Of a stretch of 44,103 bases of DNA, positions 1-8,585 are shown piece after piece. Source of the stretch: Pseudomonadota bacterium (GTDB lineage: Bacteria; UBA10199; 2-02-FULL-44-16; JAAZCA01); assembly GCA_043798915.1 (NCBI GenBank), contig JAZDOG010000070.1, positions 1-44,103 of the forward strand. Reading direction: 5' to 3'. Under the pieces are notes generated by a model that saw nothing but the letters and a program-made list of their open reading frames with translations, did not search any database and was not told where the DNA came from. Each line of letters opens with the position of its first letter. Position 1 is the first letter of the stretch. The position numbers and the translations under genes are program-made.

Positions 1-238
1 CCCGCAAGCGCCGATCTCTCTGTATTCAACCAACGGCGACACGCACCACTCTATCCATACCTGCGCTTTTCGCACTGCCGGCCAACCTCTGGTATGCCTC
101 AAACCGGCGATTCTGGCTGGTTTTCAAACCGGCGCGCCCAAGTTTATGGCCATTCTCGCGCGCGCCTACATGGCTAAAAATTCTTGTAAAAAAAAAAGGA
201 GAGAGTAGCATGACGACGATTTGAAAAATTGGGGGCTT

Positions 239-616
239 ATGAAAAAGTTTTTAGTATCGATGGCCACGCTATCCATAGTCGGTGTTTCAGCTTGTGGTAG
301 TATTGGGGGAAGCGACAACTGCCCGTTTAACGTCAGTTCTTTCACCAATGGGGCAAACGCCAAGGTTCCAAACAGCGTGTGGAGCTGTACTAACTCCGAT
401 GGTAGAGTATATACAATAGGTTTCTATGACGATAAGACTGGCATAAGCAGTGTAATAGGTGTCTTCACATGGAGCGAAACAGGCTGTCAAACGGTTGACG
501 TTGTAGCGTCCAACGGAACAACCAATATCACGGAAGCAACAGGCTCACGTGCCTCTGGTATTGTGACATTCATAGAAAACTCCACAATAACTACAGCCTG
601 CACAATAAGCGATTGA
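239..616 (+). CDS. Hypothetical lipoprotein
   Basis: ATG at 239 gives MKKFLVSMATLSIVGVSAC, a signal peptide with lipobox; Ser/Thr/Cys-rich mature part; AT-richer than the core genes. Confidence 0.7.
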   Translation: MKKFLVSMATLSIVGVSACGSIGGSDNCPFNVSSFTNGANAKVPNSVWSCTNSDGRVYTIGFYDDKTGISSVIGVFTWSETGCQTVDVVASNGTTNITEATGSRASGIVTFIENSTITTACTISD

Positions 617-721
617 TAGAGTGTTCTCCGCAGGCTAGTCAGACAAAGCATTTCGTTCCTTTTTTAGAGGAGTGACCCCAAGTAGAGCGAATAAGGCAGC
701 TCAAGTTGTTTTTATGAACTA

Positions 722-741
722 CGCGGGGGCAAGCCCCTGCG
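722..741. terminator. GC-rich hairpin between convergent genes (possible bidirectional terminator or IS200/605-like end)
   Basis: cgcggggg-caag-cccctgcg, 8-bp stem with one G-T pair, 2 nt from the stop of the 744..1898 gene. Confidence 0.4.
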
Positions 742-743
742 GT

Positions 744-1898
744 TCAGAATCTACCGATTATCGATGGTCCACCGCTGAAAATCATATAATCACCACCATA
801 GTTGACTGGGCAGCTGACGCCATTTATCTTAATATCGCTTATGTTAAATCTGATGTAGTGCAGCTTAAGCTGGAGGCCGAAACCAAGATTTGGGTAAAGA
901 TAATAATCAAAACCTGTGCCAAAATTCATGCCAAAATTGGTCGATGTAGGCGTCGAAATATTGGCAAAGTCAGATGAGGCATCAAGATTCGTGATGTAAG
1001 GCCCCACTGCTCCCGCTATCCAAAAACGCGATCTATCCAAAAAAGAAGTACCATCCAGTGCCTTAATTTCATCATTACTGACGTACTTCACACCAAATGA
1101 AATCCCGTAGATATTTGCAGAACCGTTGGCCGAAAAGCCACCAACCGTTCCGCCGTTGCTGGTTCGCGCGTACATAAAAGACGCAGTGCCGAATAGTCGC
1201 CTATATATTTGCACGTCGACTTCTACATCAGGGAGAATATAAAAGAGTGGACTCATATAGGGTTTCACTTCATCGGCAAATTTAAATAAATAACCTAAGC
1301 TAGGCGTAAACCGAACCGACACTTCCCTTCTGGATGCTACGGAGTAAGGTTGAGTGTCTATCGCCAACTTCCATGCCTCTCGTTGATCTGGATTTTTATC
1401 GAAATATGACGGATCAATTTGAAGTACCTTTTCAAAAGCCGCTGTTGATTCCTTGTATCTGCCGGTTTTGTAGGCCGCCATTCCAACATTGACCCAAGCA
1501 TCAAGCATATTGGGGTCGAGTTTAGTGGCCTTGCGATAGGCGAGGAGGGCCATCCAATCGTGTCCCTTTTCTTCAAGGGCAACGCCCATGTTGTATTGGG
1601 ATTTGGAATCTTGGGGGTCAAGCTTCACTGCTTGCCTTAGTTCATACAAAGATTCGTCAGTTCGCCCCATCTCACCTAGAGCGACTCCTTTGTAGCGATG
1701 AATTTCAGAGAATAGCGATGCAGGCATATCAGGTGGGATCTGCCTCAACGCGTTATTACACCTATCGAGCGCCGCCTGCCCCGTCGAGTCACGGCAAAGT
1801 CTTACCGCAGAGTCCCAACTCGTTTGGGCATATACTGGGATGGCAATAATCAGGGATGTAAAAAACAATAACGGTCTCAAAAAATGTTTTAAAATCAT
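744..1898 (-). CDS. TPR-repeat plus outer-membrane beta-barrel protein
   Basis: Signal peptide (MILKHFL...VYA), 3-4 TPRs (AVKLDPQDSKSQYNMGVAL), amphipathic strands (FGMNFGTGFDYYLYPNLGFGLQLKLHYI), terminal Phe; start chosen at ATG 1898. Confidence 0.75.
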   Translation of the reverse strand: MILKHFLRPLLFFTSLIIAIPVYAQTSWDSAVRLCRDSTGQAALDRCNNALRQIPPDMPASLFSEIHRYKGVALGEMGRTDESLYELRQAVKLDPQDSKSQYNMGVALEEKGHDWMALLAYRKATKLDPNMLDAWVNVGMAAYKTGRYKESTAAFEKVLQIDPSYFDKNPDQREAWKLAIDTQPYSVASRREVSVRFTPSLGYLFKFADEVKPYMSPLFYILPDVEVDVQIYRRLFGTASFMYARTSNGGTVGGFSANGSANIYGISFGVKYVSNDEIKALDGTSFLDRSRFWIAGAVGPYITNLDASSDFANISTPTSTNFGMNFGTGFDYYLYPNLGFGLQLKLHYIRFNISDIKINGVSCPVNYGGDYMIFSGGPSIIGRF

Positions 1899-1993
1899 AT
1901 AGCCCCCTATGGTCTTGGCCACCCCAAAACCACTGTACCAGTCGTAACCTCACAAGTCCAGAGTTTGACCCGTTTCCATAAGAGGAACATGAC

Positions 1994-2119
1994 GCCTATT
2001 CAGCCAGGGAGTTGTCTGTTGCAGGACATGGGGAGGGGAACCGCGCCTGTTGGCGCGGGGAGGGGGTTTCCCCCTCCGAAATTATGTCCAGCAACAGACA
2101 ACTCTCTGGGTGGATAGGC
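1994..2119. repeat. 126-bp element with 36-bp imperfect terminal inverted repeats and two internal hairpins
   Basis: 1994-2029 matches the reverse complement of 2084-2119 at 32/36 positions; internal stems ccgcgcc/ggcgcgg and ggaggggg/ccccctcc. Confidence 0.8.
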
Positions 2120-2153
2120 CAAGGTTTTAACTGTCGGAATACAAGTAGCGAGA

Positions 2154-2323
2154 CGAGACGTTCTCATGAATCAAATCAAGGCCGAAGCGTACGAAAGACA
2201 ACTGGAGGAAATGAACCTTCTCGCGACACTTTCATTTCAATATCGCGCCAAGCTCCTCTTTGAGCGGCATTGCGCAGAGATCGAGGACCGTCTGTTTGGG
2301 GCCGAGGCCCTCGAAGAGAATCC
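2154..2323. pseudogene. Chimeric relic: internal yhcG fragment joined to the yhcG stop and gpsA 3' end
   Basis: 2154-2208 matches 2996-3050 (4 mismatches); 2209-2323 matches 3629-3742 (6 mismatches, 1 indel). Confidence 0.85.
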
Positions 2324-2543
2324 GGAAAAACCGTCAGAGCAAATAATACTCCTGGATTTCTATGCCCTTAATGGTGTCACCCATGTCCCCGGTTCAAACT
2401 GTAACCTATGTGCCCGGTTCGGGCCCGCCCCCATGCGCAACGCTGCTGCCATTCGATGCAGTGTGCTGCAGAACGCTACAGCCCTCATCTTTCTCTGTAA
2501 TTATTTGTCGTTGAAAATCAAACGCCTTCGTTGTTTAGCCTGT

Positions 2544-2559
2544 TGGCATGGGTCTTGCT
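2544..2559 (+). promoter_or_regulatory. Putative sigma-54 -24/-12 promoter
   Basis: TGGCATG-ggtc-TTGCT fits TGGCACG-N4-TTGCW with correct spacing; 13 nt before ATG 2573. Confidence 0.55.
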
Positions 2560-2572
2560 ATTCTCAAGCAGC

Positions 2573-3634
2573 ATGAGTGTGACCGGGACTGTGCCCAGCA
2601 AGGCCGCTGACTACGCGGAATTTCTGGAAAAGATCAAATCACGAGTTCAGGATGCGCGAACCTCTGCGTCGCGCGTCGTGAACCGGGAGCTGATTGCCCT
2701 CTATTGGGTGATCGGGAGCGACATCGTCGAGAAGCAGGAACAGCTTGGATGGGGAAGGTCCGTCGTTGAGATGCTTTCGTCGGACTTGAAAAACGCTTTT
2801 CCTGCAACCTCAGGATTTTCCGCAAGAAATCTCTGGGATATGCGACGGTTCTATGCCGAATATCATCAGGACGAAGAACTGCGACAGCTTGTCGCAGAAA
2901 TTCCCTGGGGCCAGAATCTTCTTATTATCAATAGGATCAAGGGTCGCCAGGCCCGTCACTATTACCTGCAAGCAACTGCAGCGATGGGCTGGAGCCGAGA
3001 CGTCCTCATGAATCAAATCAAGGCCGAAGCGTACGAGAGACAGCTGGTGGCTTCCAAACAGCATAATTTCGACCGCGCCCTGCCCGTGCATCTCGCCGAA
3101 CAAGCCGACAGGAGTATGAAGGATATCTACATGCTCGACTTTTTGGGTATCACGAAGCCGGTGCTTGAGCGAGAACTCGAAGGCCGCATGGTTGCGGCGA
3201 TCAAGGACGTCCTTTTGGAATTGGGGTATGGTTTTTCGTTCCTGGGAAGCCAATACCGCGTCAAGGTCGGCCATCGGGAGTACTTCATCGACCTCCTCTT
3301 CTATCATCGCCGCCTCAAATGTCTCGTTGCCGTCGAGTTGAAGGCTGGTCCGTTTCAACCCGAATATGCAGGCAAGATGAATTTTTACCTCAATCTCCTC
3401 GACGACTACGTTCGGGAGGGAGATGAGAATCCATCGATCGGGATCATCCTCTGCGCAGATCGCGACCGCTTCGAGGTCGAATATGCGCTGCGAGGGATCC
3501 AAAAACCGGTGGGCGTGGCGGAATATCGGCTGACGAACAAGCTTCCCCGGGAGTTAGCGGGGAAACTTCCTGACGCCCTAAAGCTCAAACGGGAGATCCT
3601 CATGGAGCTTCAGGGAAAAAATGTGATAAAATGA
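2573..3634 (+). CDS. YhcG/DUF1016 family PD-(D/E)XK nuclease-like protein
   Basis: VNRELIALYWVIG, GFSARNLWDMRRFY, FIDLLFYHRRLKCLVAVELK, GKMNFYL, NPSIGIILC motifs; start at ATG 2573. Confidence 0.9.
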   Translation: MSVTGTVPSKAADYAEFLEKIKSRVQDARTSASRVVNRELIALYWVIGSDIVEKQEQLGWGRSVVEMLSSDLKNAFPATSGFSARNLWDMRRFYAEYHQDEELRQLVAEIPWGQNLLIINRIKGRQARHYYLQATAAMGWSRDVLMNQIKAEAYERQLVASKQHNFDRALPVHLAEQADRSMKDIYMLDFLGITKPVLERELEGRMVAAIKDVLLELGYGFSFLGSQYRVKVGHREYFIDLLFYHRRLKCLVAVELKAGPFQPEYAGKMNFYLNLLDDYVREGDENPSIGIILCADRDRFEVEYALRGIQKPVGVAEYRLTNKLPRELAGKLPDALKLKREILMELQGKNVIK

Positions 3635-3650
3635 CCTCCTCGCGACACTT

Positions 3651-4670
3651 TCATTTCAATATCGCGCCCAGCTCCTCCTTGAGCGGCATGGCGCAGAGAT
3701 CAAGGACCGCCTGTTTGGGGCCGAGGCCCTCGAAGAGAATCCTGTAGGTTGCCTCGCATATCGGGGCGTTGATGTGGTGGGCGCCCGCTAGTGCATGTAT
3801 GGCCTTTGCGGTCGGCACGCCCTCGGCGACCATCTTCATTTCGGCAAGGATCTCTGCGATGGATTTTCCGTTGCCCAGCGCCCGGCCCACCGCGTGGTTG
3901 CGGGAGAGATCGGCCGTGCAGGTGAGGATGAGGTCGCCGATCCCCGAGAGGCCGGCGAATGTCAGGGGATTCGCGCCGAGGGCCTTGCCTATCTTTATCA
4001 TCTCATAGAGCCCGCGCGTGATGATGGCCGCGCGGCTGTTGTGCCCCATATCGAGCCCGTCGGAGATGCCCGCAGTGATAGCGATGACGTTCTTGACGGC
4101 GCCGCCCACCTCGACGCCCGTGACGTCCTCGCTCGTGAACGTGAGAAACGTGTTGGATCGGAAGAGATCCTGAACGTTTCTGCGCACAACGGGATCGCCC
4201 CCCGCGATGACGACGGAGGTAAGCAGCCCTTTCGCCACTTCTTGAGCGAAACTGGGCCCCGAGAGGACGGTGCGGTGGGAGGCGGGATGGGCGGGGAGGC
4301 ACTCGGAGAGCACTTGGCTCATGAGCTTCAAGCTCTCCGTTTCTATGCCCTTTGTGCAGCTCACGAGCACCGCATTTTTTTCCAGATGCGAGGCGGCTCC
4401 CTTCCACACTGCGCGCGCGGTGCGCGATGGGACGACGGAGACGGCGACATCCCGCCCTTCGAGAGCCTCGCGGATGTCGGCAGTTGCGCGGATGGAATCG
4501 GGGAGGTTCGTTTGGGAGAGATAGAGCGGATTTCTGTGGTCTGAGTTTATTCCGGCGGCGACCTCCGCCTCATATGCCCACATGAGGACGTCATCGCCCT
4601 TTTCGGCAAGGATCTTCGCCAGGGCGGTCCCCCATGATCCTGCGCCGATGACGGCAATTCTCTCAGGCAT
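3651..4670 (-). CDS. gpsA: NAD(P)H-dependent glycerol-3-phosphate dehydrogenase
   Basis: GAGSWGTALA, LSGPSFA, GGAVKNVIAI, GLSGIGDLILTC, SRN. Confidence 0.97.
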   Translation of the reverse strand: MPERIAVIGAGSWGTALAKILAEKGDDVLMWAYEAEVAAGINSDHRNPLYLSQTNLPDSIRATADIREALEGRDVAVSVVPSRTARAVWKGAASHLEKNAVLVSCTKGIETESLKLMSQVLSECLPAHPASHRTVLSGPSFAQEVAKGLLTSVVIAGGDPVVRRNVQDLFRSNTFLTFTSEDVTGVEVGGAVKNVIAITAGISDGLDMGHNSRAAIITRGLYEMIKIGKALGANPLTFAGLSGIGDLILTCTADLSRNHAVGRALGNGKSIAEILAEMKMVAEGVPTAKAIHALAGAHHINAPICEATYRILFEGLGPKQAVLDLCAMPLKEELGAILK

Positions 4671-4716
4671 GGCGAATCAATAGCTCCGGCCCGATGAAAT
4701 GCCAATAAAAATTGAC

Positions 4717-4742
4717 GCAACTTTTTCGTGGGCCTGCCGATA
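4717..4742 (+). promoter_or_regulatory. GCAAC-N14-GCCGATA motif (sigma-28-like -10) upstream of the PilZ gene
   Basis: Same motif and spacing recur upstream of the S8 protease (12228-12253, minus strand). Confidence 0.5.
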
Positions 4743-4797
4743 CCAATGATGAATATCATTGCAGCGCCGGGAGCATTTCCGTATAGGAGGAACAGCC

Positions 4798-5121
4798 ATG
4801 TCTGAAAAACGCCGCCATCAGAGGCTCGATGTAAATCTCCCGGTTACCCTGAGGCACGACGGGAGGCTCATCCCTGCCACGGCCCTGAACATAAGCTGCG
4901 GCGGCATGTTCATCAGGGCGAATGATCCCGGGCTCAAGGCCAACGCCTCCGTGGAGATCATATTCGACCTGGGGGCCAGGCAGAAGGATCTCTCCATGCG
5001 GGGCAGGATCACACATGTCGTAACCTCGGCCGACGCAACCGACGCCGGCGTCCAGTTCACCAATCTCTTTTCCGTGAGCCACAAGGCAATAGAGGAATAC
5101 CTGGGGCAAAATCTGAATTGA
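4798..5121 (+). CDS. Stand-alone PilZ domain protein (c-di-GMP receptor)
   Basis: RRHQR (RxxxR) and NISCGG (D/NxSxxG); AGGAGG RBS before ATG 4798. Confidence 0.9.
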   Translation: MSEKRRHQRLDVNLPVTLRHDGRLIPATALNISCGGMFIRANDPGLKANASVEIIFDLGARQKDLSMRGRITHVVTSADATDAGVQFTNLFSVSHKAIEEYLGQNLN

Positions 5122-5127
5122 CCCGCA

Positions 5128-6798
5128 CTATTTCACGGCCTTCTCGGCAACCCTTCCTTTGAGCGCCAGCATCTCCTCGCGCGTTGCGAAATTGAGGATG
5201 AGGTGTGTGAGCTCTCCGAGGAACGGCCGCCAGAGATTTGGGTGGCAGGCGTAGATCGCGTCGAGGATCGCGTGGAGCAGATAATCGTCGCCGCGCCAAG
5301 TCTTCATCGCCAGCGATATCTCATCGATCTGCATCGGATCGAGCATGCCCCGCACGTCTTCGAAGAGGCGTCGCTCGAGCTCCGCGTGTATGTGGGAGGC
5401 CGCCTTGAGCGAGCCGTCGATGCGGGAATGGATATGCGCGACAGCCGTCATGTAGTTGTCATCGACATCTGGCGGGAGGAGGGTCGTTATGGGTTCGCCC
5501 ACGGAGAGCTTGAACCTCGCGCAGGGTTGTATGCGCATCCTCCCGCGCGGGCATGCGATTGCCGTTCCGGAGACTGCCACGGGGATGAGAAGCGCATCGT
5601 CCTTCCTGCCCGCCGCCCTAAACTTCATCGCCGCGACCGCGGCGATATGCGCTGCACCCTTCTTCAGATGCGCCCCGTCGGCGCGGATGCGGCCCCGCCC
5701 TCCGACCGTATAATAACCCGCGTCCATGCGCTCGCCTCTGGAAGTTGAGAATGGCGCCGCGCGGCCGCCCTGGGGGAAGATCGCCAGGTCGCCCTCGCCC
5801 CTGAAGAGGCCCTCTGAGGCCTCGCCAGCGATGCGCCTCGCCTCGGCGGTCCTGTCGAGCGCCTTCCTGTCGACGAAAATCATCCCCATGGCCTCCGCTG
5901 CGCGCCCCAGCCCCAGGAGCCTGTAGTAGATCGGGTTGTCCCGGAAGTGATCCTTCGCCATGAGAAATTTCGGCAGGTTGTTTTGTGTCGCGCATCCGTC
6001 CTGTCTGGGAGGCCGCGCCGCGAGAAGCAGCGGCACGAGCGCGAAGTCGATGAAGCTCATATGCGTGAAGAGATAGATGGCCTGGGTTCCGGATTCCGGG
6101 AGGTTCTCCCTTCCCTCCACCGTGAGGGCGGCGCGCGCGAGCTGGCAGATGCGGCTGCCCCATATGACGGCAAGGGCCGACGCCGCTTCCAGCATCGCGG
6201 CCCGATCTTCAAGGCGCGACGACATCATCACGAGCTTCGCAGCCCAGATGGTGCTCCATGCGCCGGCGACAAGGCTGAAGGGGCCGACCATCTTTCTGCC
6301 GCATCTGCTGCGGAAGTCGATCGCGGCGGAATCGATGAGGGAAAATGGCGCCCCGGGGAGTTTGTGCCGAATAAATCCCGACGAGCACAGGAGGTGATCG
6401 AAAAACTCCTGCGGGTGTATTGTCGGAAAATGCCGCACGAATGTGATCAGTTTGAGATGGGCCTTGTGCCTCAATCTCCGGTTCACCCATCCGCTCGCGG
6501 CCAGCGCGAGGGCCGCGGCAGAGATGACGAAGTGCTCAGGTCCCGAGGAGCCAAGTCCCAGATAGATGTGCCATGCGGCGCCGCCTGCGAGATAGAGAGC
6601 GACGAACGAATCCCGAAAGCCACCCACCGCGTGCTCCCATGCGCCGAAGATGCGATTTATACGCATGAAACCCCGCCGGCCCTCCTCCAGAGAGAGGGTC
6701 AGGATGCTCGAGATCGGAACGAGGTAGAGCGCTGCGAGGAGGACGACCACAGGGCATTGCAAGCGCCACAGTTCGTCTGCGATGGCGGTCCAGCCCAT
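5128..6798 (-). CDS. Membrane protein with PlsC-like lysophospholipid acyltransferase domain
   Basis: HMSFID (HX4D), FLMAK, IFVDR, IFPQG, LKKGAA, IPVAVSG; N-terminal TM helices. Confidence 0.8.
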   Translation of the reverse strand: MGWTAIADELWRLQCPVVVLLAALYLVPISSILTLSLEEGRRGFMRINRIFGAWEHAVGGFRDSFVALYLAGGAAWHIYLGLGSSGPEHFVISAAALALAASGWVNRRLRHKAHLKLITFVRHFPTIHPQEFFDHLLCSSGFIRHKLPGAPFSLIDSAAIDFRSRCGRKMVGPFSLVAGAWSTIWAAKLVMMSSRLEDRAAMLEAASALAVIWGSRICQLARAALTVEGRENLPESGTQAIYLFTHMSFIDFALVPLLLAARPPRQDGCATQNNLPKFLMAKDHFRDNPIYYRLLGLGRAAEAMGMIFVDRKALDRTAEARRIAGEASEGLFRGEGDLAIFPQGGRAAPFSTSRGERMDAGYYTVGGRGRIRADGAHLKKGAAHIAAVAAMKFRAAGRKDDALLIPVAVSGTAIACPRGRMRIQPCARFKLSVGEPITTLLPPDVDDNYMTAVAHIHSRIDGSLKAASHIHAELERRLFEDVRGMLDPMQIDEISLAMKTWRGDDYLLHAILDAIYACHPNLWRPFLGELTHLILNFATREEMLALKGRVAEKAVK

Positions 6799-6802
6799 GG
6801 CG

Positions 6803-7966
6803 TCAGTTTCCTCTTTCGCCGGCTTCCTTGCCGCGCGCCGAAGGAGACGATGAGAGGGGGGAGAGCCGATAGCTGAAGGCCACGTCCACCGGCCTCCTGC
6901 CTATGCGGAACCTCTCTGAGCCCAGGCGTTCGGATATCCGGCTCGCAACAGACTGGGCCGTTCCGCGCTGGGTCTCATAGATGGTGGTGATGATGCCGCG
7001 GTCGGAAAGCGACATCACCATGTCGATGGGATAGCGCACGAGGGACCGCACGTAATGTTCGATCTGTGTGAGCAGCGAGTGGCTCTTCCTTATGCCGAAG
7101 CGCTTTCGCATGTCCGCAAAGTTGTTGATCGAGATGTCGTATTTGAACGTCTGCTGGGATGCGCGTTCGGCGAGCGCCGCCCGCTCGGACGAGGGCAGCG
7201 CCAGATGGTAGACCGGCCGCTGCGGTTTGATGAAATCGACCCAGAGGAGGCCCAGCTGGCGGACGGCGATCTGCCGGCTCTCCGAGAGCGACACGCCGCT
7301 TATCCTGTCCGGCCTGTCTTCGAAAAGCTCCGCCAGAAACCCCTGCCGCTCGATATCGCCGAGGTGCTTGTCCGTGATCGAAAAGCCGATTTCGATCCCG
7401 GGCCCGTCGCGGAGAGAATATTTTTTGAATGAGATGGAGATGCGGCTGCCCCGCGCCGATCTGCGTGCCGCGTGCTCGGTGAGCTGTGAGAGAACGAAAC
7501 TCACCTGGTCGGCATCGGCCCATATCCTGGGGAGTTCGACAGAGGCGGATATCTGATAGGTCACCTGGCGGCTCAAGAAAAGCAGGTCGTGTGCCATCAG
7601 CACGTGCCTTGCGAGGTCGAGCGCATCGAGATATCCGGGGCCGGATTTTTCAGCCGAAGGCCGCGCCGCAGAGAGTGGCTTGTGGAGATCAGCGATCGAA
7701 GCGCCTGCTGCCTCAGTCGGGAGCGGACGCTCCAGCGCCCGGCGTATCTTGGAGATGGCTTCGCGAACCCCTGGTCCTGGTTTTTCCGGCCAGCTCTTTT
7801 CGATGAGGTCGAGCGCCGTCATCCATTCGCCGACGGTCCCCTTCTTCGCCGTGGCGCCTCGCTCGCGGCCATCGGTGCAGCGCCTGCCGGCACGACAGGC
7901 CGGCAGATGCTTGCCTTTGTGTTTCAAACCCTGTTTCGGATGTTTTGCTCCCTCTCCAGCATGCAT
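6803..7966 (-). CDS. Degenerate HATPase-like plus degenerate GGDEF-like protein (start uncertain: 7966 or 7822)
   Basis: LPRIWADADQVSFVLSQLTEHA resembles an HATPase N-box helix; ISINNFADMRKRFG...LLTQIEHYVRSLVRYPIDMV...AQSVASRISERL resembles a GGDEF fold without catalytic motifs. Confidence 0.6.
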   Translation of the reverse strand: MHAGEGAKHPKQGLKHKGKHLPACRAGRRCTDGRERGATAKKGTVGEWMTALDLIEKSWPEKPGPGVREAISKIRRALERPLPTEAAGASIADLHKPLSAARPSAEKSGPGYLDALDLARHVLMAHDLLFLSRQVTYQISASVELPRIWADADQVSFVLSQLTEHAARRSARGSRISISFKKYSLRDGPGIEIGFSITDKHLGDIERQGFLAELFEDRPDRISGVSLSESRQIAVRQLGLLWVDFIKPQRPVYHLALPSSERAALAERASQQTFKYDISINNFADMRKRFGIRKSHSLLTQIEHYVRSLVRYPIDMVMSLSDRGIITTIYETQRGTAQSVASRISERLGSERFRIGRRPVDVAFSYRLSPLSSSPSARGKEAGERGN

Positions 7967-8037
7967 GGCATCGACATCTATAACAGCAGGGGGGCAAAAA
8001 CAAGGCGAAAGAAAAACGCCTTGGTGGGTATCATCTT

Positions 8038-8118
<81 letters not shown>

Positions 8119-8185
8119 GCCAAAAAGATGCGCGGCCTCGATTTGCGTTGAGGCAGATAGCCTGTAGGCCGGTCCCTGTCAATAA

Positions 8186-8572
<387 letters not shown>

Positions 8573-8585
8573 AGGGAGGATCGGC

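Noticed and set aside
2166..2576. 136-aa ORF as a real gene
   Set aside because: It is a chimera of the yhcG fragment, antisense gpsA and promoter DNA
2154..3742. Diversity-generating retroelement TR/VR pair
   Set aside because: Mismatches are not confined to adenines on one strand, are mostly synonymous, and no reverse transcriptase is in the window
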